A stretch of DNA of 63,903 nucleotides, filler included, from Olpidium bornovanus S191 (lineage: Eukaryota; Fungi; Olpidiomycota): assembly GCA_017911155.1 (NCBI GenBank). It is 24 parts of 24 records of this genome, joined end to end, with 100 filler letters (N's around TTAATTAATTAA, not from the genome) between each part and the next. Parts side by side here need not be neighbours in the genome. Positions count along the whole stretch, not along the records: positions 1 to 11,631 come from JAEFCI010007542.1; positions 11,732 to 13,785 come from JAEFCI010002520.1; positions 13,886 to 16,573 come from JAEFCI010002085.1; positions 16,674 to 22,583 come from JAEFCI010003331.1; 20 more parts are not named here. One strand, written 5' to 3'. The notes below the pieces were generated by a model. It saw only the letters and a list, made by a program, of their open reading frames with translations, was not told where the DNA came from and searched no databases. Position numbers and translations under genes: made by a program. Each line of letters starts with the position of its first letter. Position 1 is the first letter of the stretch. Below are positions 8,748 through 20,389 of the stretch, in pieces.

Positions 8748-11300
8748 TGTGGTGTGAATTTTATTCTGGGCAATTTTGTACTGCGGCTATGAAAAAAGGA
8801 ATGTTTTGTATTCTTCTCGCCAGGTCTGCGCGAAACGCTACAGGTAAGGTGATGAGGGCTAGCGAGTACGGTAAAAAGCGTTGAGTCTGTGAAGTTGTTG
8901 GAGGGTGAGGGCGCTACGGAATGGGATGATCGCTATTTATGCCCGTCGTCTGGCAAGGCAGGACGACGGCAGAGTCCCTTCATCCTTGCGGTCGCGGGCT
9001 CGGTCGCGGTCCGTCTCCCGCACTGTTGTGGTCCCCACACGGGGTTCCGTGTTCGCGGCGTTGCACGCGGGGGCAGCCTCTTTTGCCAAGGAGGGGATGT
9101 GATTGGCGGCGGGGGACCGCGTGTGGCGTTGCTATGGGAGAGGGGGCTATTCTATTGGTTGGGCCAGGGTTCACGTGACCGTCTTGCCTCGGCCTCCAGG
9201 TCCCACCTGCCGCCCGCCGCCCGCCGCCAGGTCCCGCCCGCCGCCCGCCGCCGCGCCCTCCGTGGCTTCCTCCTTGGCGGCCTTGGGCAGCGGTCAAGGC
9301 GGTGCACGGTGCCACAGCACAAATTTTGATTCTGTTCTGTTTGACATCGATTTTATTCCGTTTATTTTGATTGAATTCTGTTCGACTTTGATTTTATTCT
9401 GTTTGATTTTGTTGTACTCTGTTAGATTTCGATTCATTCTGTTCGATTTCGATTTCAATACTGGCTCCTCCCAGTTCGATTTTGTTTCAACTTCGATTGC
9501 TTTTCTATTGCCTTTCAATTTTGATTTTAAACATAGTGATAGATTTACACGTTCGACCGCTGCACAGATAGACCCCGAAATCGAACGCACCAAACAAACG
9601 AAACCTAACGTAGAGTCGAGCACAATAAGGCAACGAACTCGCAGCTTCGACAAGAGAAACTCGGGCCATTGAGTGCTCGTTTTCTGCACCTCATCTGGTG
9701 GCCTCTGCGAGAACGCAAGAAGCGGTTACAACGAGAAGTCCGAAAACAGCGGGGTGTTCAATGCCGGAGAGCATTATCGACGGTGCTGGCATTGGGGCAC
9801 TAGCTTAACGACGACTTGAAAGTCAACGACGACGCGTAACTGTCGAGTCGGAAACGATGGGCGCACGGGCAGAAATAACCCCGCAGCCGACATGGATGTT
9901 GGATGGGCCAAGAATCTCGTGCCTCATGCAATTCATCGAAAAAGAAGGGTTCTTCAATGGCAAAGATGCGATGGCATATTTGCGCAAGTTCCAAGCCGCA
10001 CTTCAGCTGCTCCAACTGTTTGACGCTGGCCTTATTAACGAATTTTGAAACTGCACAGAGCTCGAAACACAACCCCGTGCCAATGCTGTTCTGGCGAAGA
10101 ACCATGCGACGTGGAAAAGCTTCCAAGCAAAAAATAAAGCAGTTTTCCGGGCAAGGGATTCGACGCGTGTCTCAGCCGATACGTTCCTGGCATGGGTACA
10201 TTGTCCATCGAAGCCGGAGCTGTTGGAGGAAGTTTTGACGACGTTCAAACAGAAATATGATGAGCTTTCGGCCGCTCATCAAGCTTGGATGTGCGATATG
10301 GTGCCCCTATTTATTTAGGCCATGCACGTTGAGAGAAGGAAAGAACTTGTGCGGCAGTTGAAGACTGCTGACGGCGAGTTCACAACGAACTGGGAGAAGA
10401 TTTGAAACCAAGTCAACAATTTGATCGCATATCAAGACTTGTATTCATTGATTAGTGGACCAGAGGCTAACCACGCGCCGGTTGCAGCATTATCTTCGAC
10501 GGAGAACGTGTCGGCATCGGTTCGGAAGTCGACCACGATGATAGATAGAGACTTTGCAGCCATGGAGAAGATGATGCAGGAGCTTCGACTAAATCAGGTT
10601 GCAAGTGAGAAGGCGACGGCAAAAAAGCTACAGCAGATGTATGACCTGTTGACTGCGAATTCTGGAAACCGCGCGTCGTTCGTGCCTGCAGAACCAGCTT
10701 CGATGCCGCATTCGACTCTTAGATTGCCACTGCAAGGCCTGTACTGCGATAGCCTTGACCATATCAAGCGGGATTGCCAAGCGCTCAAGATGGCAGTGAA
10801 TGAGAGACACGTACAGATCATCGATGGGAAGATGGCTGACATGACTGGACACATCCTTCCGTTGGCAATTGGTCGCAACGGGGCGTTGTCCCAGTTGTCA
10901 CCAGCGACGAAGTCGAATGCAATCGGCCTCGGAGAACGAGACGGTTACGAGGTTTATATGTACAACTTAACGGTCGAGCAAGAAGAGGTCCGAATGAGAT
11001 GTGCTGCCACTTTGATACGCGCACAGACCGGTTGGGAGGCTGCGATCAATGCGGAATCCTGCCGAGCGTATGTTGCCGTGATGGACAAGGATGCTATGGT
11101 GGATGAGCGATGAAAGTGAGACGCGAAACCAGACAAATGACGGGTTTGACCTCGACTTCGACCAGAGCCTGTTCAGGAAAAAGTACTGCCTGACCTCCTC
11201 GCTCCAGGACCAAGTAATTTCCCTGACAGTCGAGAGATGGCACGACTATTGAATCCTCTGGGGAAGGAAGAAATGCCGCACAAGGCCCCACAATTTAAAT
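8748..11300 (+). mobile_element. Ty3/gypsy 5' LTR (about 8748-9693), tRNA PBS (9696-9712) and degenerate gag with zinc knuckle (DUF4100-type)
   Basis: TGTGGTG...CACCTCA imperfect terminal inverted repeat. CA-TC-TGGTGGCCTCTGCGAGA fits a tRNA 3' end (CCA, A73, invariant C61). One frame from 9857 to beyond 11113 reads FFNGKDAMAYL, TWKSF, FLAWV, LTT/FTTNW-like and LYCDSLDHIKRDC across internal stops. Confidence 0.75.
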
Positions 11301-11731
11301 TGACAAGTGACTTGCAGAATGAGTTGGATATGACGCGGCTGCTTTGGGAACGTATTCTGGTGTTGTGGGTGGTGTGTCCGGCGAAGGTTTCTTATGTTTA
11401 TTAGAAGAGGGGAGACACCAGGGGTTTACGTACTTGGGCCCCCCTCGATTGGGGACCCCGAACAATAAGGAGAAGCGGGCGGTACATCGAGCTCGAGCGG
11501 TGGGTATCGAAGTTGGGGGAAGAGCATCGGGATCAAGCGAAGGGCTTTGAGGTCGAGCGAGAGGCATCGAAATCAAACGGAAAGCATCGAGGTCGAACGG
11601 TACATTGATGGAAGGCGATGCGTTGAGCGGANNNNNNNNNNNNNNNNNNNNNNNNNNNNNNNNNNNNNNNNNNNNTTAATTAATTAANNNNNNNNNNNNN
11701 NNNNNNNNNNNNNNNNNNNNNNNNNNNNNNN

Positions 11732-12848
11732 CGTTCAGGCGGAGCTCTTGAGAAAAGAGGAGTCAAATCGCGGATTGGGACTAAACGGCGGAAGCGGGGG
11801 CGTGGAAGTCGGCCGCACTGGTCCGGAAGCAAACGAGGAAGCGACAGCCATGGACATCGACTCGACGACGGTCCGGCCTCTGCCCACATTTGAGGCCATC
11901 TCGGAGCTCAGGCGGCTTTTGCAGAAGAGAATAGCCGATTTTCAGGAGCGGCGACGGCGTAAGACGGCACCTCCGCTGAGCCGAGACGAGATCCTACAGG
12001 AGAGAACGAGGAAGAAGGCGGAAATGAAGGAGAAACTCAGGAAGCAGAGAAACTCCGGCACAGACGGCGTTCCGAGCGTTGCTCGGAAGATCTTGAATGC
12101 GGAGGACGAGAAAAAGATCAAGGTGCGAGTGATTGATTCTCGCGCGTGCTTGAGTGGACTTCAAAGATCTGTGGAGTTTTCGTTGCTGCGTGGTTTGTTC
12201 AACACTAACACTTCCTGAGCACCCACAGACCGTAAGCCCGTCGACCCCGTTTGTGGATGCTATCAATGACAAGTTCGAGGTCGTTTTCAGCAACTTTGTC
12301 TTTGACGGCGAGAACTCTAAGAAGAGCGGCATGGACGTCCGCGGTGCATTGAAAAAGGTCGTTTATTTTACCCTACGTTTGCTTTGATTATCCAACACTG
12401 CCACTGAATGCTCAAACCCCATGAACGCTGTTTCGGCACACTGCCTTCTTCCTTTTACCGGTTTGTTTCCTTACGCCGCAGGCCGAGGCCAAGGCCGAGA
12501 AAATTGCCAACATCGCGGCCGATGTTCCGGCGAAAGCGGCCGAAATTGCCGAGGAGAATGCTTGGCGCCGCGCGTCCAAACTTGCCAGGGGCGACAAGCC
12601 CAAGGACGACGTGCGCCTGCTAAAGAAAACGATCCGCAGGTCCGAGCGGGGGAAAGCGAAAAGCGCGCGAGTGGAAAGAACGGCAGGACGCAGTTGAAGC
12701 AGGCATCGCCGACCGCCAGCGGCGGAGGGAGGAGAACATCAGAGCCTGGGCCGACGAGAAAAAGGCGGGCAAGATGGGAAAAAAGGGAAAGGACAGGGGC
12801 AAAAAGAAGGAGAAGAAGAAGCACCGCGCCGGGGTTGAGGGCAGGTAA
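11732..12848 (+). CDS. RRP14: SURF6/Rrp14 ribosome biogenesis protein, 5' partial, 3 exons visible
   Basis: ISELRRLLQKRIADF and the C-terminal SURF6 block WRRASKLARGDKPKDDVRLLKKTIRRSERGKAKSAREWKERQDAVEAGIADRQRRREENI. Stop TAA at 12846-12848. Confidence 0.85.
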
Positions 12849-13239
12849 ATCACCGCGATTTTCCAGGTCCGGAAGCGCGCTCTAGCCGGCTTCGTTGCGT
12901 GTCGAGCGCCGGAGGCGCGGGATACTACTGCCTATTGTAAAATGATTCGAGGCGCACCTCCTCTAGTATATTTTCGGCCGAACCGTTTGCGGTCCTCTTC
13001 TGTTCTTGTCTGAGTTTACCTTTCGCATGTATGTCGTTTTTTTTTTCCAAATGTGTCGGCATTGTTAAGCTTTCCCGTACTTCTACTCCGAGCTTTACCT
13101 GTTTGTCGTCAAAACACATGGAGATTTTGACGCCAGTGCGGTCGCGTAGAGGCTGTCAATGCTTGTGTGGTTCAAACTGTGCTCAGGGCGAAAGGGCAGC
13201 GAGAAATTATGTTTTTCGCCACGCAAACGTCCCGCCTCC

Positions 13240-13785
13240 ACATCGCCAATAACGAAGGGTGGAGCCTTCCCTAACTTCGGGAGGTTCGTGTCGTAGTAGG
13301 CTTTGTACGCATCTTGCGCATCTGCCAGGACTCTCTTGACGCTTTCGTGGACCCTACTGAGTTCATACACGTGCCGAGTGTTGTACTCGTTTATGTCACG
13401 TGTAAACTCCGCAGCCCCTGGCTCGAGTATCGACATGGGCAATCTAGCCCGTCGCCCATAGACCAGTTCAAACGGGGAGAACTGTGTCCCTGCGTGCTTC
13501 GCCGTATTATAGGCAAAAACTGTACCTGCTAGGTACTGGTCCCAGTTCATGACATTCTCGTCTAAAACGTTGTTCCTTAGACTCGCTATCAGAGTCTTGT
13601 TGAACTGCTCTGCAACCCCGTTACTTTTTGGGTTATATGGAATCGTCGTCTTATGCGTTATCTCCATGCGCTTTGCTAAGCGTGACAGTAGTTCGTTTAC
13701 GAACTCAGGCCTCTGGTCGTTCCGGATTGACTTGGGCACTCCGTGACGACAGATGATCGTCCGGTACAAAGCATCTGCGACCATC
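13240..13785 (-). mobile_element. Ty3/gypsy integrase (rve) fragment
   Basis: RHGVPKSIRNDQRPEF, TTIPYNPKSNGVAEQFNKTL, WDQYLAGTVFAYNTAKH and SPFELVYGRRARLP. Confidence 0.9.
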
Positions 13786-13988
13786 NNNNNNNNNNNNNNN
13801 NNNNNNNNNNNNNNNNNNNNNNNNNNNNNTTAATTAATTAANNNNNNNNNNNNNNNNNNNNNNNNNNNNNNNNNNNNNNNNNNNNCATGCCGAGGGATCA
13901 ACGCGTGAATCATCAAAAGAAACCGCGGACCGCAAAACCACCAACAGCACCCTACGCCGTTCGAAACCCCTAGAGCCGCACAACCCAC

Positions 13989-16209
13989 CCGAACATCCCT
14001 GGACTCCGCTTCGCCCTTTTCATAGAAACGCCGGTGCACCTCGCGCAACACATCAAGTACGGTCGACAACTCGTCGTCGTTGTCGATAAGCACTGGGCGG
14101 CGCTGATTGCCCTGCCGTTGCTGCTGCTTCTCCAGCGGCCGAGATTTCTGCTGCCGCTCCATTGTCCGCCGGTGGGCCTGCTCCTGACGCTCCAGGGAGA
14201 GTTGGTCCACTGTGGATACAATGTGGGAAGGTATAACCCAGCTTACGTTAGGACAACGGCAAACCTATGAGTCGACTATAGTCGACGGGCTTTCCCCCAA
14301 GGCGTTTTTTATACAATTCAGAAAACCGAGCACTCGACCCGAATTCGAGATCTCCCCATAACTCGTGGTGCAGAATCTCTCCCGTCTCGCCGGACATCGT
14401 CAAATGGAACAGAAACGCGCCTTCCTCCTCATCCTCAGATTCCTGCTCGCGTGGCGCATGTACGGTACCCTCCGGCGTGACCTTGTCATCCCGAACTTCC
14501 TCGTGTTTGGAAGCAGTGGCCTGGAACAGCAGACGAGCGAGCCCACAGTCAAACCACGTACTGTATACCTTACGGAATCTTCCTCCATTACTTTGATTTT
14601 TCTCACTCACTCCTCTGGGCTCATTTTGTTCTCGAGAAAAGAAATAAAGAGAAACACTCTAAACACTTTTTCCATATTATCGTCACATACCACTTTCGGC
14701 AAAAACGCCCCATTGATGTCCCCAATGCCGACAAAAAAATCGTAAGGCCGAACCTTGACTAGATTTGGGCTCCACCCCCAGACATCTGCTCGGTCGTCAA
14801 TGACAACGACCATACTGGTGTCGCAAGGGAACAGCCGCTGCAGGGTCTTCTGCGTGACGCTTCCCGACTCGTCACGGGAGAGAACACGCTCTTGAAAAAT
14901 GGTCCCGTCCGGGTCAATCACCTCCGCGACCTTTGAGGCATAGCTCCGCGTCCCCATCGTGTAGATGTGGAGCTCGTAGCGCTCCGAGGCCGCTTTGAGG
15001 AACTCGCGGGCGTTTGGTCTGCGAAGGGCGACGCAAAAGGCCAGCGGCAATGAGAACTTGAACCAGTATAACGAAAACAACGAAACGATCCTGGGAATAG
15101 AACGCTTGACCCAGATCAACCTAGCAACTCACCTCAGCTTGATGTAGTACACTGTGGGGCTATCCGGCAAGATGAACTGCGCAATGTCCCGGGTGGCTTC
15201 GTGGTTCACGTTGTTCCGATCGTTCCGCCACTCGCCCACAGTGGGGTCCACTGTGGCATGGATGATAGTCTGGTCGAGGTCCACGATTAGCGACAGCTTT
15301 CGGGAGGCCAGCAGGCGTTTCGTGGTGACCTGTTCTAACCGGGCCGCCTCCTGCGTTGATGTAACCACAGCGTAATTGAGATATCAGCGAAGACAGCGGC
15401 GACGTTGTTATGCTGATCGCCGAAGTCAAAGTTGTAGGCCAAGCGAAAAGCGGAAGGAAGCGAGGAGCAGTCTCGAAAGCAAATCAAAGGGTGCACACAC
15501 TTGATGGCTGACTGTCAAGCCCAGGACGTCGTGGGCCATGTTGATTGTCGCTCGGGACGTGTGAGAGCCGTTGAAATCCGATCTGAGACGACGCATCAAC
15601 GGAATCGGCCAAAGATGCCGCGGAGGCAAGAAGAATCAGCACAGATGTGCACGGCAACGGCCTGCGCCTTTAAAATTGCTCTGCATGAATGACAGAAGCA
15701 AAAGATCCTTAGCGAAAATTGAAAGGACGCCAACCGTACATGCTCAGGTCTTTCCCGCAAAGGCCGCACTGCCCATGCCACTGTACCGCGTGACTGCACG
15801 GCTCGACAATTGTGGCCATAGCGCTACTGCTGAGGCAAAAACACGGTTCGTAAAAACGATTTGCACGACGCGGTCGCCCGTTGCCTAATCCCGGCGCCAG
15901 CTCACGTCGAGAATAAACAAAGTCCGGCCGTTGTGAGACTCACTTGGCCTGGTCCACTTCCTGGCCAACCGTGACGTTGATGGACTCGACCTTTCCCTCG
16001 TACGGCGAAAGCAGCTCCAGTCTCCTCCTCCTTGTCCGGACGCGGCCGTCGTCACGCTCGCAAGCCCCAACCTCGGTTTCCGTCTGCTCGAACTCGTATA
16101 TGATCAGCGGCGCATCGCACTTGATCTCTTCGCCAACACGCACTTTAATCGACACGATGCGCGCGGGGTAGTGCCCTTTGGGCAGGTGTATCGCGTGGGC
16201 CGCCTCCAT
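13989..16209 (-). CDS. FCP1: RNA Pol II CTD phosphatase Fcp1, multi-exon, 3' partial
   Basis: N-terminal lipoyl-like region (LLSPYEGKVESINV), EPCSHAVQWHGQCGLCGKD, catalytic LSLIVDLDQTIIHAT, LHIYTMGTRSYA, VVIDDRADVW, YDFFVGIGDIN and DNDDELSTVLDVLREVHRRFY. Confidence 0.95.
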
Positions 16210-16837
16210 CAACCTAGGCTCGTTCAATGCGCGGTTGTCCGATCTGCCGGGGTGCGGCGCGCGCGGGCCGACGCTTCCGCGGACGTTCTGTTCCGAGTTA
16301 AGGGAGCTTGTCGCACGAGAGACGCCCACGTCTCAAAGGGAAAATGGCTGGCGCAAGACTGGATCTGCAGTTTGGCAGGAAGTGAAACACAAAACGGTTA
16401 CCGGGAGTTTCCTATTTTTCTTGTTCTTTTTTTTCTTCTTATTTTTCCTCTCTTTTTTTTCCCCCTAAATGCTTTTCAGGACCGCGCCCAGCAAAGCGGC
16501 CCGGCGCACAGAGGCGTCCGGCCGGCGGGTGGCGGCGGACATCCGCCCGGCGGGCGGGCGGGGCGAACGGGGGNNNNNNNNNNNNNNNNNNNNNNNNNNN
16601 NNNNNNNNNNNNNNNNNTTAATTAATTAANNNNNNNNNNNNNNNNNNNNNNNNNNNNNNNNNNNNNNNNNNNNCCATGCGATTCAAGGACCTCGAAGTTT
16701 GTTATATGGTAACCTATTATTTGGCCTCCACACCTTGTTACACATATAAGGTCTCAACGGCATCCGACCAAGAACCAACCGGAAAAACGGACGCGGAAAT
16801 CACCCAGCAAACAGACCCTCAAGCACGAAAGCTTTTG

Positions 16838-18558
16838 ATGACGACGGAAAGCAAAGAGTCCACCTTCTTCTTCGCGACCGGAGGGAAGTCGCGCTCCAGC
16901 AGCGAAAGCGAAGACGCGCATCGAGGACGAGGAACGGAAAGTGGACCAACTTTCCCGGCTTTCCACGTCCTGTCCTCGTGGTCACGAAGCCCGTCTTTTG
17001 ATCTCCCGCCAGAGCGCGCCAGCTCGCTTGTTTGCGACCTGACTGTGGCGGACGGCGCGGAACTCTGGGCGGCAAAAGGTGCGCTGCTGGAGTCGTCAGC
17101 GGCGGCTGTGTCCTGCGCATCCGTCGGCCTCCGGGACCCAGCGCGCTCTCCGGCTCGTTGACTCGAACCGTGTCCCCCGGCGCCCTTCAGTTTATTTGGC
17201 TGAGCTCTTGGCGAACAAGTCTCCGGATGTCCCGGCAAGCTTGTACCTCCGCTTGGCGCTCTGCGCGCTGACGGGTCGTGACGATCCCCTCGGGACGCAC
17301 GAGCCGCTTCTCGCAATCGAGCTCGGGGAGGGTTCGTTGAAAATCATCTTCGTTTTCAGCCCAGCTAAAGGCGACCGCTTGAAGGTTTCACGTCTGGGAC
17401 TTTCCACGCGCCGCGTCGGACCTGAACCAGCCCCTGGCTCACAAATACGGCGCAACACAGGTATTGCTGAATAAGTCCGGGTATAGCGTGCCACTACGAT
17501 ACATCTCGCCCACTACGTCCGAAGGGACCAGGGCGTGGAAGACACTCCTCCAGTTTTTCCTGGAGGACAGAAGCTGTCTCAAGGTGCGGCGGCGTCGCCG
17601 ATCCGCGAACATGTAAAGCAATTCTCAATTCTCATTGTGACACGACTGCGAAGCAAGTCCAGCATTGCCGACAAAGATAAGCGGATCAAAACGGCCGCTG
17701 ACAAAAAGAGTAAACTGGAATTGTTGCTCGCCGAAACTGAACGTAACCGGGAGGATGAGGAAACGTCAGCATATCTGCAAGTAGGCGAAACGGTCGAGAT
17801 TAACGCTCGGGAAATTTGTTGGTCAAGAGATTGATATTCAATTAAATGTCGGTGACCGTAATCCCCACATTCGATTCTCGTCGCCGTGCCGGACATTAGT
17901 TCGTGGACGTCCTAAATGCGAAAAAACGGAAAATAAGGAAGCTGCAACGTTTGATTCAAAAGATAAACACATCAGGTATGAATTTGCGCTTCACTGGCGC
18001 AATGACGTTCCATTCGTCTATGAACGGTCCATACACTTTTCCTGGCACAGTTGGAGTCTCAAGCAGCGAAGTTGGAAACGAAAGTCCAGAGCGACTCCCC
18101 CAAAGGTTTCTACCTTCAGGAGGGTACGTAACTTCGGCATCGTCCTTTATGATGTTTTGCGTATCTCCGGACGGTTCGAACATTTGCGACGGATGGGATT
18201 TGATGGCAAGGTACGATGGATTGGTCGGTTCAGAGCACGCACGGTTGAGGAGAACGAGAGCGAGCAAACGGGTTCCGATGGCATTCGTCGAACACTTCGC
18301 GGTGTCATCTCGCCCACGTGCGACGTGGATCCGAAGCGCTGCATGCCATCGACGGAACACCAGAACACTGCGCCGATCAACCCTTCACCGCCTGCGGCGA
18401 CTGCGGATGCAGATGTGGACAACCGAAGCACACAGGCAGCGGCTGCCGGCTCTGCGCCGCAGAGCATGTTAGCCGAGACGACCGCCAGTTTGGAACCAAA
18501 TTTTAGGGGGGAGAGGGCGCCGAAGATTAAGCGTAGGACTAGGGGCGGGCTGCAGTAG
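16838..18558 (+). CDS. XRCC4: XRCC4/Lif1-like NHEJ scaffold, multi-exon (start codon uncertain)
   Basis: Spliced reading: FHVLSSW...CDLTVADGAELWAAK|VYLAELL...LYLRLALCALTG...KVSRLG, then a coiled coil ending SAYLQ|FVDVLNAKKRKIRKLQ. This parallels the XRCC4 order HFLQVSW / ITLTDGHSAW / FRLGS / FILVLNEKKTKIRSL (recalled). Introns 17079-17190, 17461-17524, about 17584-17657, 17781-17898 and later ones. Basic tail KIKRR. Confidence 0.65.
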
Positions 18559-19890
18559 GGCAAATGTACAGCTGGACTGGCATATATGGGTTCTGAAAAA
18601 ACACATGACTACAAATTCTGTTCTCGCGAAGATTGCGCACGGCCGTGGTTGTGTTCACATCATTTAGATTCAGACCGCTTTCACCCGGCGCCGCGCGTTC
18701 AGCCCATTACGATCTCGCTCTGCATTCCGTATCTGTGATCAGCGATGTAAACCGTTCAACTCTCAATGAGTACTTTCCCACGGCGCTCGGGGGCTTACCG
18801 TGCGACAGCCTCGCAGGCTGGACGTTCCACAACGAACGGGCAGGGGACTCCACCGCGAGGGCGACAAGCGCACATCCTCAGCCTCGTTGCGTCGCGAGAG
18901 CAGGTCGCCTCGTGCTAGCCTTCCATAGGCGCAAGCTGCGAGGTGAAACCGTGGAGCGCCGATGCAGAAAATCCGGTACAGACGGGTGGCGATCCCTCCC
19001 GCCCTACACGACTCGGGTGCCTGCGGGTTATGGGGGGATATGCAACTTCCGGGGAACCCGAACCGGGTTAGAGGACGTGTCCAACGGGTGGTCCGTGGCT
19101 GCTCTGCTGGGAGAACACTTGTCTTTGCAAAACCAACTACCGAAAGAAAAAAAAGCCGATACTGAATCGACCCCGTCGAGCGCGCAGAACCCATGCAACA
19201 GCAGCGCTGGTGCAGGAAGAAGCGAGCCATACGTGAACAACAATTGACCTCAGGGTGACAGCCAGTGAGGAGCCCAATCTCAGCGTTGGGAATCCTGAAT
19301 TGAGAGAGGGTGGGGGGTAACCAGAACGGTGCAACCGGTTAAAGTGGGATTCAGGAGGGCGCGGGAAATGGCCACACGAGAAGAATGGTTCGAGACAATT
19401 CGGAGGTGATGCATCTAGGCTGGTGGAACCTTTGAGTCATCCAGGTTGTCATTTGGCGGTTAAAAATGCGCCCAGAGCCGAGATCAGGTCGTCGACGGAC
19501 TGTCGCTATCCTAACTGAGGGAAGCTCACCGAGAAATGGAAAATGTCTATAGACTAAATTGGCATTACCACGTATTGTGAATCCTGAGTTCTGAATTCTG
19601 TCGTGTGACCAAGTCCAGAGGTGGCTCCTTCAGTCCAATTGCCACTGTTCAAACGATCTTGCATCCCCGCGAACCCAGGATCCGGACCCAAAATGCGATT
19701 ATAAATGTAACTTGGAATATCTGAATTCACTTTTTAGGGTGCTTTTGATTCTGCTGCAACGGAACTGATCCTCTGAAGAGCACACGATGAGACAGGGGTG
19801 GCTTTTGCCTTCTGGTTATTCCCGAACCGTTAGGTTATGGTCTACAGGAGTTTTTTTCGCTTTTGGCGTCACGCCCGTGACTGTAGGGTC

Positions 19891-19950
19891 ACGCCACGTG
19901 ACCGCAATTCTCAACCCACGTGACCGTAACCTCACGCCACGTGACCGTAA
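19891..19950. promoter_or_regulatory. Three phased CCACGTGACC E-box/CDEI-like sites upstream of ELG1
   Basis: CACGTG at 19895, 19917 and 19938 (spacing 22 and 21 bp). Confidence 0.5.
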
Positions 19951-20389
19951 CCACCCGTAGCTGTTAGGGTCCGCCGCGAAGTCGGCTTACTCCTTCCTTA
20001 CGGTAAGGAGGATTCAGGAAAGTATCCTACCAATCCAGTAAGCACAGAGTTTATAGTACTTTTCTGGTTGGAATTGGAACCCCGGAGTGTCGGCGGCGGG
20101 ACACGACCAGAATCGCCACCCGTCTCCCTTCACTGGCGCCGGTCAGAGGTGGCGACTAGGACGCTGTCCCCGCTCGGCCTCTGCTCTCGCTCCCGGTTCT
20201 CCCTCCTCGCCCGGTGGCTTCGACGTCCCCTGCTCTCCGTTGCCTCGTATGCTCGGCCTTCCTGCAGGCCGCCCGTCGCGGAACGACTGCGGCGACGCCC
20301 ACGACGACCGCTTTGGCCAGATCGGAACGCGCGCAGGTTTGCCGGCAGAAAGCGACCCTCTTTGTGCGCGTTGCGAACGAGCCGCTCGG

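Noticed and set aside
11676-11687. TTAATTAATTAA palindrome recurring 23 times, superficially like a CRISPR or regulatory repeat
   Set aside because: Always centred in exactly 44+44 N. It is an artificial six-frame-stop linker.
16819-18360. Minus-strand ORFs with protein-like text (possible WAPL-like gene)
   Set aside because: The plus strand gives canonical splice sites and a coherent XRCC4-like protein. The minus ORFs are antisense shadows in GC-rich DNA.
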